This document shows, in pieces, positions 55,601-64,000 of a DNA stretch of 64,000 nt; within the stretch, counting starts at the first letter, position 1, and every line of letters begins with the position of its first letter. This stretch comes from an uncultured archaeon (GTDB lineage: Archaea > Thermoplasmatota > Thermoplasmata > Thermoplasmatales > Thermoplasmataceae). A program made the position numbers and the translations under genes. The notes beneath the pieces are model-generated. The model was not told the DNA's origin. It was given only the letters and a program-made list of their open reading frames with translations, and did not search any database. The stretch covers positions 1,792,001 through 1,856,000 of the forward strand of contig CP009479.1 in assembly GCA_000965745.1 (NCBI GenBank), given 5' to 3'.

Positions 55601-55738
55601 CGCAACCGCCCATGCATTGAACGATATACTTAACTTGTTCCCTTGTCCGGACGTGCCCCCTTACATACACATATTCGTACCGCCTGACGTGCAGATCAAG
55701 CTTAAATATGGAGTAATCTGTTTGTGTAAGTAATCATT

Positions 55739-56926
55739 ATGCAGGGTCAGTCTAAGATCGAATATGTACGAAACAGGATCAACATACTGATGAAACTTGG
55801 CCGTGAAGACCAGGTTCTGAAAGAGTATGATGAAATTATTAGATTAACCGGCGAAAATGATGAAATTCGCTTCAAGAAGGCTGTGCTTCTTTTCAGGATG
55901 AAGAGAATGAAGGAGGCTGCCGAGGAGTGCGACAGGGCGATCTCAATAAATTCCTCCGTTCCAATATACCACTACGGGAAAGCCCTGGCACTCAATGTCC
56001 TCGAAGATTACCCGGGAAGTCTTAAAGAGATCAATGAAGTTCTCAGGCTTGTTTCATCACCCCAAAGGGAGAGTGTGTATGAGACCCCAAGCAGGAATAT
56101 CAACCTCGAAATAGAGCGGCTGCTGAAGCACTTTGAAGAAATAGAATCACACGAAGTTCCTGAGCACAACATAGAAACCTTTGCTGAAGGAGCAGAGGAA
56201 AAGGAGGAACCGGTTCGGAAAGAGGAATTCTTTGAACCGCAGGCCCGAAACAAGATTTCTGTCAGGGATCAGAGTTTTCTGGACCCGGATTTCACTGAAT
56301 CCATAGATGACCTCAAGAAACTTGACAAGGCGCTAAAGGATATAGACATACATTTCAACCGGCTGAAGAGTGCCGCACAGAGCGTAGATCTTGCAATAGA
56401 CGAGAAAGAGGGGAGACTGAAAAGATTATTGGCCAGTTGCACCGATCCGCAAATTGAAGAAATTCTCAGAGGATACAGTGATGTATTGAGGGTCGACATT
56501 AATGGGGAAGACCGCAGAAACCTTAGAAAGATCGAACGTGTACTGGATTCCAATCCCAAAAATGGTGAACTTCATTATGGAAAAGCGCTCTTTCTCTACA
56601 CTAGGGGAGATTTTGATGAGGCCATGGCCGAGATGGAAATAGCCAGGAACCTTGACCCTGTCAGCAGTGCTTACAATTTTGGGATCACCCTTATCGAAAA
56701 TAAGTCCATGGACTATGAGCAATCAATCAAAAACCTGACCAACCAGGCAAGGGAAAGCCCTGACAACCCTTCTGTCCATTACAAGAGGGGGATGATGCTT
56801 TACCTGCTCAAGCGTTTTGGAGAGGCAGCCGATGAGTTCAACAATGCAATAGATCTCTACCAGTATGACCCGAGATACTACTTTGGGCGCACTCTTGCGA
56901 GATACATGCTAGATTCTGTAGCATGA
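55739..56926 (+). CDS. TPR-repeat protein with central acidic/coiled-coil linker
   Basis: Repeated HYGKA/HYKRG..A...AI...P TPR units at both ends. Confidence 0.8.
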   Translation: MQGQSKIEYVRNRINILMKLGREDQVLKEYDEIIRLTGENDEIRFKKAVLLFRMKRMKEAAEECDRAISINSSVPIYHYGKALALNVLEDYPGSLKEINEVLRLVSSPQRESVYETPSRNINLEIERLLKHFEEIESHEVPEHNIETFAEGAEEKEEPVRKEEFFEPQARNKISVRDQSFLDPDFTESIDDLKKLDKALKDIDIHFNRLKSAAQSVDLAIDEKEGRLKRLLASCTDPQIEEILRGYSDVLRVDINGEDRRNLRKIERVLDSNPKNGELHYGKALFLYTRGDFDEAMAEMEIARNLDPVSSAYNFGITLIENKSMDYEQSIKNLTNQARESPDNPSVHYKRGMMLYLLKRFGEAADEFNNAIDLYQYDPRYYFGRTLARYMLDSVA

Positions 56927-56974
56927 TAGTACTATTTTTTATACCTGTACATTATATTAATAATAAGTGTAATA

Positions 56975-57391
56975 ATGGCTCTTTCGGCACTCTACGTTAT
57001 AATTGGACTAGTTGTGGCATGGATTGTGATTTCCATCCCACTGTATCTGGCAGCTAAGGTAGTTGCTGGAAGGCGTGCAACATTCGGAAAGGCGCTCCTC
57101 GCATCCCTCATTGGCCCGGTGGTTGAGTATTTGTTCCTTTTTGTGTTCATACTTTTCCTGACGCCGTTTATAGGTGTTGCTGCCATCCCGATTGCACTGA
57201 TACTGGCAATAATAATCCTGATATACGTATACGCATCGATATTCAGCACCTCATGGCTTGGCGGGCTGGGGATTGCTATCATTTCCTTCATCATAAGCTT
57301 CATTATAATCGGGATATTCTCGGCGTTTTTCACGTTCCTGCCACTCGGAACTTCAATCTTTCATGGTGGTCCGAGGTCCGGACTCCCGTAA
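56975..57391 (+). CDS. Small membrane protein (4 TM)
   Basis: Hydrophobic ORF; PLYLAAK..RATFGKA motif. Confidence 0.75.
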   Translation: MALSALYVIIGLVVAWIVISIPLYLAAKVVAGRRATFGKALLASLIGPVVEYLFLFVFILFLTPFIGVAAIPIALILAIIILIYVYASIFSTSWLGGLGIAIISFIISFIIIGIFSAFFTFLPLGTSIFHGGPRSGLP

Positions 57392-57488
57392 TTTTTCCCT
57401 TTAAACCCGTTATTGTTTCTAGCGTTCCTTAAGTATATCTGAACAAAAAGGTTAAATAATGAACTATTGTTATATTTCTGGTGATAAT

Positions 57489-58181
57489 ATGCAATTAAAC
57501 GGAGAAGAAGATTTCTATTCACAGGCTTACAAGTTTGTCAAAAGGCACAACGCCACCAATAATGAATTCATTGACAGGTTTTCCAGGGGAGACATTTCGG
57601 ACGGAGAATTCCGTCGTTTCTCGGTTGAATTCTATCATTTTACAAGAGAGTGGCCCTCGATTTTGTCTACGCTGCTTGTGAACACCCCCGACGAGAACGA
57701 TGCAGCCAACCTTACTACGATCCTTGTATCCGAACTTGGCGATGACGACCCCGGCCAGAGACACGAGCTTCTATACAGAAAGTATCTCAGAAGCATAGGG
57801 CTTGACCCGGCTGAAATAGTAATGAAGAAGCAGCTCAACACAACTAAGTCTTGGCTTGACGGAATGAGAAAATACTTCGCGGGCGACCATTTTGAAGCTC
57901 TAGGGGCAGAATTCGGGCTTGAAAACATGGCAATTCCAATGTGGGACAAGTTGCTCGCCGGTTTTGAGAAATGGAAAGCATCCCATCCTGACTATTCGGG
58001 AATGGACCTTGAATATTTCACATTCCACAGGGCACTTGAGGAGAAGCATGAAGAAGCAATGGAGGATGTGCTCGGGAAGCACAAGGATGATGGGTCAGCC
58101 AGGGAAAAATTCATCACTGGTGCCAGAGGAATTTTAGATCTAGAGGAGAAGTTCTGGATCGGGCTAGGAAATAACCAGTGA
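57489..58181 (+). CDS. Heme-oxygenase-like diiron oxidase (CADD/PqqC/TenA superfamily)
   Basis: SELG...RHELLY, GLE, YFTFHRALEEKH ligand pattern; terminal FW. Confidence 0.8.
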   Translation: MQLNGEEDFYSQAYKFVKRHNATNNEFIDRFSRGDISDGEFRRFSVEFYHFTREWPSILSTLLVNTPDENDAANLTTILVSELGDDDPGQRHELLYRKYLRSIGLDPAEIVMKKQLNTTKSWLDGMRKYFAGDHFEALGAEFGLENMAIPMWDKLLAGFEKWKASHPDYSGMDLEYFTFHRALEEKHEEAMEDVLGKHKDDGSAREKFITGARGILDLEEKFWIGLGNNQ

Positions 58182-58202
58182 TCCGGCCTCAACCCTGCCC
58201 TC

Positions 58203-59378
58203 CTATGCAGGAGCAGTTTCCCTTGCGGCATTTTCCTCCATTTTTTGAAGTATGATATCCGTATCTTTGAGGATATGGCCTGTCAGTACGCACGCAACCA
58301 CATCATTCCTGTCAATTACCCCCTGATTCCTCAGTTTTTTCACTCCAGCAACAGAAGCCGCAGAGGCCGGCTCACAGCCTATGCCGGATAAATCGATCAT
58401 GCGCTTGGAATCGTATATTTCCTCATCAGAAACTGACACAGCAATTCCGTTGGTGTATTCCAGCGATTTTTTGGCTTTCCTCCAGTTTACAGGGTTCCCT
58501 ATTCGAATTGCCGAGGCCATAGTCTGCGGGTCATCTTCAGGAACGAGGGGATCGCTGCCCCCTTCTGACATGTATCTGTAGAACGGGCTTGCGCCTTCTG
58601 CCTGCACCGCAATAATCCGTGGGATGTCGTAAAGGACTCCCCAATCCTTCATCTCCTTGATGGCCTTTCCAAACGCGCTGGTATTCCCCAGATTTCCTGC
58701 GGGGACAGCGATGTAATCGACGGTGATAAGTTCCTCTATAAGCTCAAAGATGATGGTTTTCTGCCCTTCAACTCTCCACGGGTTGATAGAGTTTAAGGGG
58801 TAGGGCTTATCGTATGCGCCGACAGAATCTATTACTTTCCTCATCGCTCCATCGAAATTACCATCGAAAGTCTCGATGTTTGCGCCATAGGCAACTGCCT
58901 GTGCAAGCTTTGATTTTGTAATCCTTCCCGATGGGATAACCACGGTCATTCCTATACCTGCGAATGAAGTATAAGCCGCTGCAGACGAAGAGGTATTGCC
59001 GGTTGAGGCACAAATTGCGTGATTGAGGCCAAGCCTTTTTGCTTCGGATACAGCCACCGTCATGCCCCGATCCTTGAAGCTACCTGTGGGATTCCTCCCC
59101 TCGTGTTTTAGGTGGAGGTTGTTCACTCCTGAATATGCTGACAGTTTGTCATTTTCGTAAATTGTGGTGGCACCTTCACCAAGGGTCACGATGAATTCTT
59201 CAGGCAGAGTGGGGTGTATCATCTCCTTGTACCTCCAAACACCTTTTGTAGAGTATACCTCCCACTCCACATCCTGGTGATTCACCTCCAGGGGAGACTT
59301 GCATTTATCGCACCTATAATCTGTCCTGTTTATGTGATAATATTCCCCGCATTCAATGCATCTGAGATTTGTAATCAT
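58203..59378 (-). CDS. thrC: Threonine synthase
   Basis: NPTGSFKDRG, ASTGNT, NSINPWRVEGQKT, PAGNLGN, EPASA, TGH.LKD. Confidence 0.95.
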   Translation of the reverse strand: MITNLRCIECGEYYHINRTDYRCDKCKSPLEVNHQDVEWEVYSTKGVWRYKEMIHPTLPEEFIVTLGEGATTIYENDKLSAYSGVNNLHLKHEGRNPTGSFKDRGMTVAVSEAKRLGLNHAICASTGNTSSSAAAYTSFAGIGMTVVIPSGRITKSKLAQAVAYGANIETFDGNFDGAMRKVIDSVGAYDKPYPLNSINPWRVEGQKTIIFELIEELITVDYIAVPAGNLGNTSAFGKAIKEMKDWGVLYDIPRIIAVQAEGASPFYRYMSEGGSDPLVPEDDPQTMASAIRIGNPVNWRKAKKSLEYTNGIAVSVSDEEIYDSKRMIDLSGIGCEPASAASVAGVKKLRNQGVIDRNDVVACVLTGHILKDTDIILQKMEENAARETAPA

Positions 59379-60286
59379 CCAATCACCAACGATCCTGTAT
59401 CAGAGGACTTCGTGATGACAGCAGTCGATTCCAGCCCGTTGTCAAGAAACGCCTCTGACATGGCCGCTGATACATCCTCCAACATTTCCTCTGGAGCTAT
59501 GGCAAACACTGAAGGGCCGGAGCCACTTATTGACACCCCATAAGCACCACGCTTAAGGGCAGACTGCTTCACCTCGGTGTATCCGCTGATCAGACTTGCT
59601 CTCCTCTTTTCCACAACATTGTCAGAGTTTACAAATCTTCCTATCAACCTCGCATCACCTTTCAGAAATGCGTGAAGAAGCAGAGTTGAAGATGAGATGT
59701 GGTTTCTCATCTCGGAGAATGGCATACAGTCTCCCAGCACCTTTCTGGAATCCGACGTTTTAAGTTCCACTGATGGAGTAGCTACGGCAATGGGGAGGTC
59801 TCCTGCTGGCACCTTTAGAAACTGGTGCCCATCGTTCACGACTAAACCGCCTAAGATTGAAGCTGATACATTATCATGATGAACAGTTCCGGAAGATACA
59901 GTCTCACCGTATGAGGCGTACTGGATCAATGCATCCGAATCAACCTTGCAGTAGATAGAGTCTAAAGCATAAAGGGCTCCAGCAGCTGAAGCAGCGGAAC
60001 TTCCCAATCCACCGCCCGGGCGAATGCCTTTGTCTATTTCTATGACGAATTCCCCGGCAATTCCGAAGTCCTTCAGGTACTTCAGGGCCGCGATTCCGGC
60101 AGTATTGTCTTGAGGCTCAGTTGGAACTTTGTATTTTCCCTTAGAAATGAGTTCAAGTGATAGTCTCTCAGAGGGTCTTGTTGTAACTGTTACTGTCTCA
60201 TACGGCTCTTGCAGCGCTAGGGCAAACACGTCAAATCCCGGACCAAGGTTCGCAATGGTCGCCGGTACCCTGACAGACAGTTTCAT
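59375..60286 (-). CDS. thrB: Homoserine kinase
   Basis: PATIANLGPGFD, GLGSSAAS, H.DNV, SGSGPS; ATG at 60286. Confidence 0.95.
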   Translation of the reverse strand: MKLSVRVPATIANLGPGFDVFALALQEPYETVTVTTRPSERLSLELISKGKYKVPTEPQDNTAGIAALKYLKDFGIAGEFVIEIDKGIRPGGGLGSSAASAAGALYALDSIYCKVDSDALIQYASYGETVSSGTVHHDNVSASILGGLVVNDGHQFLKVPAGDLPIAVATPSVELKTSDSRKVLGDCMPFSEMRNHISSSTLLLHAFLKGDARLIGRFVNSDNVVEKRRASLISGYTEVKQSALKRGAYGVSISGSGPSVFAIAPEEMLEDVSAAMSEAFLDNGLESTAVITKSSDTGSLVIG

Positions 60287-60438
60287 GGTACCTGTGAAAT
60301 GTTTCTTAACATAACATTTTACTAGGCAATTCCGAATAAATGACAAACATACTGCTCATTATCTGGTATATATCCGGGAAGAATTTGCAATCATGTTATT
60401 GCGTTAGACGTGAATAAAAAGAAAAATGGTTTGGGAAA

Positions 60439-61581
60439 TCAGGATCTGACTTCTTCTGATATGCCCTCAAGGATTTCCTTGTTGAATGAAGCCTCTTCAG
60501 GCACAGATGAAGGGTCAACTCTTGTTTCGGACCCTACAGACCTGAAATATGTGTTCAGGAAGGCAGATATCTTCTCAGAATCCACAACTCCCAGCAGGCC
60601 GACTCTTACCATCTTGTCAGCAAAAGATTTCATTCCCTTGGATACCTGGATTCCAGCAGCCTTCATGTCACCCTGCACCTTCTTGACTGGAACAGGTGGT
60701 TCGAACGCGAGAACTGTGTTGGAATAGTTAGCTGGAGTTCCATACATCCTGGAGCCGGTGCTTATGATCTGTTCCCTTACAAACTCTGCCGCAGCACTGT
60801 GCCTCTTCCACCTGTTCTCAATCCCCTCGCGCTCCAGTATCTTCAATGCGGTGTAGAGTGCATTAAAGCTTCCGGTTGACGGGGTGTATGGAGTTTCATC
60901 CTTATCCAGAAATTTCAGCGATACAGAAAGGTCCATGTACTTTGGAACATCGGCACTTTCAAGGACATAGCCAAGGCCTTCTTCGCTGATTGAAACCATG
61001 CCCAGGCCCGGCACCGATGCCAGACCTTTCTGGCTGCATGATGCAATTGCATCAATGCCCCAGCTGTTCGCCTTCACCTCAAGGCTACCAAAGCCGGAAA
61101 CAGAGTCAACCAGAACTTTCATTCCAAGGTTCTTGGCTTCGCGGGCCGCTTCCCTTAGATTATAAATTGATGTCCCGTTCCCTGTTTCGTTGTGAATAAG
61201 GCACACAGTTTTGATCTCTTTGTTCTTGGATATGTAATCTGCAATTTCTCCCGGCTCTAAAGTGTCTGAATAGGATTTCTCCATTACTTTTACATTGCAC
61301 CCATGCCGGTTCAGGCTCTCCACAAGCCTTCCACCGAATTCACCGAATGTAACTGCGAGGACACCCTCGTTTCTGGAAGTCATTGAATATAACATTGATT
61401 CAACTGCTGTAGTGCCCGATCCTGTTGTAATCACACTGGCGGAGGAGTCGGCAAATCTGTTCAGAAGATCCGAGCTTGAGCGCACAATATCCCTGAACTC
61501 GTCGGATCTGTGGTTCTGTACATAGGCTGAAGCTTTCAGGACTTCATCGGGAACGTCAACCGGACCCGGAAGGAGAAGCAT
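60439..61581 (-). CDS. Class V PLP aminotransferase (probable phosphoserine / serine-pyruvate aminotransferase)
   Basis: LLPGPV, GSGT, HNET.NG, VDSVS, SQKGL..PG, TPYTP; coupled to serA. Confidence 0.88.
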   Translation of the reverse strand: MLLLPGPVDVPDEVLKASAYVQNHRSDEFRDIVRSSSDLLNRFADSSASVITTGSGTTAVESMLYSMTSRNEGVLAVTFGEFGGRLVESLNRHGCNVKVMEKSYSDTLEPGEIADYISKNKEIKTVCLIHNETGNGTSIYNLREAAREAKNLGMKVLVDSVSGFGSLEVKANSWGIDAIASCSQKGLASVPGLGMVSISEEGLGYVLESADVPKYMDLSVSLKFLDKDETPYTPSTGSFNALYTALKILEREGIENRWKRHSAAAEFVREQIISTGSRMYGTPANYSNTVLAFEPPVPVKKVQGDMKAAGIQVSKGMKSFADKMVRVGLLGVVDSEKISAFLNTYFRSVGSETRVDPSSVPEEASFNKEILEGISEEVRS

Positions 61582-62528
61582 TACAGTTCCCCCCTTACAG
61601 CTTTTGCTACGTTTTCCACAGTTGCAAGTGCTACCCTTTTCTGTGCTTCTCTAGTCTGCGCCCCGATGTGAGGGGTTACAATCACATTTTCCATGTTTAT
61701 CAACTCCTTTTCCCACTCTTCCTTTGGAGGCTCATTCCACATTACATCCGCCGCATATCCACCGATTCTTCCCGCCTTGAGGGCTTCCAGAAGTGCAACA
61801 CCGTCCATAGCCTCGGCACGGCTGGTGTTTATGATATATGCGCCTTCTTTTACTCTTGAGAACTGCTCCTTTGCCATAAGGCTCTTGGAACTCCCGTTCA
61901 GGGTTACACATGTAAATATAAAGTCCGAACTCGAAAGGAGGTCATCCAATTCAACGTAACGGCCGCCTATGGTCTTTATCAGTTCGTCATTATGCACTAT
62001 GTCATATGCCACAATATTGGCTCCGAGAGATGAAAGGACTCTTGCTGTCTCATAGCCTATCCTTCCAAACCCGATAACACCGCAAGTTGACCCGGAGAGT
62101 TCCTTGCCTTTCTGTTTCTTGTATTCTCCTTCCCTGATTTTACGGTTCAAAGCAGAAATTCTTCTGGCGAGGTCTATCGCGAGAACAAGGTTGAGCTCAA
62201 CAACAGACTCAGTTGATGAGCCGGCTGCCGTAATAATCTTCACTCCCTTTGAGTTTGCACTTTCGGAGTCTATATTATCAATGCCAATTCCTGCACGCGC
62301 TATAATTTTAAGGTTTTTTGCAGCATCCATGACATCGGAATCCACCTTTGTCCTGCTTCTTACTACTATGATCTGATAGTCGCTTATATTCTCCACAAGC
62401 TCAGACTTTGTGATCTCAGGTTTATAATCTACGTTATAACCTTCATTTTTAAGCCCGTCGAGGAGTTCCTGAGCAACACTGTCACAAACAAGAACTCGTA
62501 TATGAGTATCATTAACTAGCTCGGTCAC
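61581..62528 (-). CDS. serA: D-3-phosphoglycerate dehydrogenase (short form, no ACT domain)
   Basis: VRSRTKV, RAGIGIDNID, GFGRIG, INTSR, TPHIGAQTREAQ. Confidence 0.85.
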   Translation of the reverse strand: MTELVNDTHIRVLVCDSVAQELLDGLKNEGYNVDYKPEITKSELVENISDYQIIVVRSRTKVDSDVMDAAKNLKIIARAGIGIDNIDSESANSKGVKIITAAGSSTESVVELNLVLAIDLARRISALNRKIREGEYKKQKGKELSGSTCGVIGFGRIGYETARVLSSLGANIVAYDIVHNDELIKTIGGRYVELDDLLSSSDFIFTCVTLNGSSKSLMAKEQFSRVKEGAYIINTSRAEAMDGVALLEALKAGRIGGYAADVMWNEPPKEEWEKELINMENVIVTPHIGAQTREAQKRVALATVENVAKAVRGEL

Positions 62529-62612
62529 AGCACCGAATTGTGTCTATTTTATTTAAGTTCTCCGACATGGATTTGTTACATCTGCGAGAATGGCTGTCTG
62601 AGGAAATACCGC

Positions 62613-62694
62613 CTTGCGTGAGTCAATATATCACGCAAGACTATATTACAGGGGCCGCCCTGTAAAAAACAGCACAATAGGGCAGGTTTGCCCT
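62613..62694. other. Three adjacent perfect hairpins in the serA/DUF1015 divergent intergenic region
   Basis: CTTGCGTGA-N9-TCACGCAAG; TTACAGGG-GCCG-CCCTGTAA; AGGGCA-GGTT-TGCCCT. Confidence 0.6.
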
Positions 62695-62925
62695 GACGAT
62701 ATGACAAGAAATCCTGCAAAACTGTTAAGTTCTAACTGCTGATCCCACGAACGGCAACAAGCATTAAAATACTGGTTAAGATAAAATGATTTGCAGATCT
62801 GTGAATTCTTTGGGAAAAGTGAATTGCAAAGCGGTACTTGGCCATGGTTGCTTATCCAAGGTTGTGCAAAATGATGAGATGTAAGCTGTTTAGGTATGTT
62901 CTACATATGAAGGAGTGTTTCTGAT

Positions 62926-64000
62926 ATGTGCCCGGAAGTACGCCCATTCAAGCCATTGAAGTTTAAAGATAATAGGACAAGCTCCCTGTCTCCACCGTTT
63001 GATACTATTTCCGGAGAGCAGGAGATGCGGTTGAAGTCCAACCCTTATAACATAACACACCTGACCCTGCCTGACGAGGGTGGGCCTGAGGGAGCAAGAA
63101 ATAAGCTCGATCAGTGGCTGGAAAGTAATGTTCTGGTACCCGAAGACCAGGATTCCGTTATCGTTGTCAAGCAGAAATTCAGCTTTGAGAATAACGAAAT
63201 GACTAGACTTGGGATAATATCACTCGTAAGAATAAATCCTGATGACGGATCCATAAAGCCCCATGAGAAGACATTTGAAAGTTCTGTAAATGGCAGGGTC
63301 TCAATAATGTCAAGGCTTCGGTCACAGCTCGAACCCATATTCCTCACAGTGGATTGTGATACAATGGAACCAATCCTGGAGGACGCCATTGATGGACAGC
63401 AACCGGACCTTACGTACAGTGACGATGAAGGAACTGTGCATAACATTTACACAGTGAGGGACCAATCCAGAATAGCGAAGCTTCAGTCGGCCCTTTCCAG
63501 CAAAACCTTTCTCGTCGCTGACGGACACCACAGGCTGGAAGCCACCAGAAGGCTCTCCAGCGAGAGTGAGGGTGGCCAGAGAGAATTCTGGAATTATGTA
63601 ATGGCATACATCACCCCGATCAAGGAGCAAGGGCTGGTTATAGCTGGTATTCACAGGCTTGTGAAAAAGAGCATGAAGCTGGGCCAGTTTGCCGTGGAGG
63701 CTTCTAAATTCTTTGAATTAAATGAGACTTCTTATCCGAAGGATTCCAAACACATGGTTGTTTATGACGGAAAATATACGGAGCTTGTCCCCAAAGAGGA
63801 GGAGATAAGAAATGAGTTGGGCATCAGCGGAGAAGAACCACTCGTTCATGCAGAGATGCTAAATGACATTTTTTTCGCCAGGACACTGAACCTGTCTCCA
63901 CATGACCTAGAATACAGCGTGTCGTATATCCACGATGTCGAAGAGGCCAGAAAAGAGGTTGACAGCGGTAAGGCGGGAATGGTTGTCATAATGCCAAAAT
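62926..64000 (+). CDS. DUF1015 family protein, 3'-truncated by the window edge
   Basis: Not in the ORF track (no stop in the window). Manual translation MCPEVRPFKPLKF...SPPFDTIS...PYNI..L...IKPHEKT...LEPIF...VADGHHRLEA...GIHRL. Confidence 0.88.
   Translation, partial: MCPEVRPFKPLKFKDNRTSSLSPPFDTISGEQEMRLKSNPYNITHLTLPDEGGPEGARNKLDQWLESNVLVPEDQDSVIVVKQKFSFENNEMTRLGIISLVRINPDDGSIKPHEKTFESSVNGRVSIMSRLRSQLEPIFLTVDCDTMEPILEDAIDGQQPDLTYSDDEGTVHNIYTVRDQSRIAKLQSALSSKTFLVADGHHRLEATRRLSSESEGGQREFWNYVMAYITPIKEQGLVIAGIHRLVKKSMKLGQFAVEASKFFELNETSYPKDSKHMVVYDGKYTELVPKEEEIRNELGISGEEPLVHAEMLNDIFFARTLNLSPHDLEYSVSYIHDVEEARKEVDSGKAGMVVIMPK

Noticed and set aside
1-64000. CRISPR array, tRNA or rRNA genes
   Set aside because: No regularly spaced direct repeats and no tRNA/rRNA signatures seen by eye; tRNAscan-SE and a CRISPR finder would be needed to exclude them fully.

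Overview
Chromosomal window from an archaeon, most consistent with Thermoplasmatales (thermopsin, Ta0583-type actin, DUF2175-like protein, GGAGG/GGTGA ribosome-binding sites, TATA-like promoters). No rRNA, tRNA or CRISPR array was recognised. Layout: (1) 0.7-7.8 kb variable island with an intact IS256 (about 35-bp TIRs, 8-bp TSD), three toxin-antitoxin-type pairs and pseudogenes, followed by PolX. (2) 9.6-31.3 kb accessory region, the most interesting part. It contains a co-directional minus-strand cluster of a ParM/Ta0583-type actin, an RHH/coiled-coil ParR-like gene, a membrane coiled-coil protein, a Ser-His (SipW/Sec11-type) signal peptidase, a polytopic membrane protein and three paralogous secreted beta-rich proteins with the identical mature N-terminus A|DVMITG (candidate TasA/bundling-pilus-like filament subunits). 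It also contains a fourth distant paralogue at 28.6 kb, a vWA-PP2C-kinase (TerY-P-like) triad, a catalytically dead paralogue of that PP2C divergent from the actin, and a recurring TGTCWGACA palindrome in several promoter regions. (3) 31.5-48.7 kb mostly housekeeping and catabolic genes, ending in a HerA/VirD4-like ATPase with a nuclease-like tail. (4) 48.7-54.8 kb AT-rich catabolic islet (UbiD, cyclodeaminase/ketimine reductase, MFS, Gfo/Idh/MocA). (5) udgB, a TPR protein, a diiron HO-like oxidase, thrBC, serA plus a class V aminotransferase, and a divergent DUF1015 gene. All family calls come from motif recognition by eye, not database searches.
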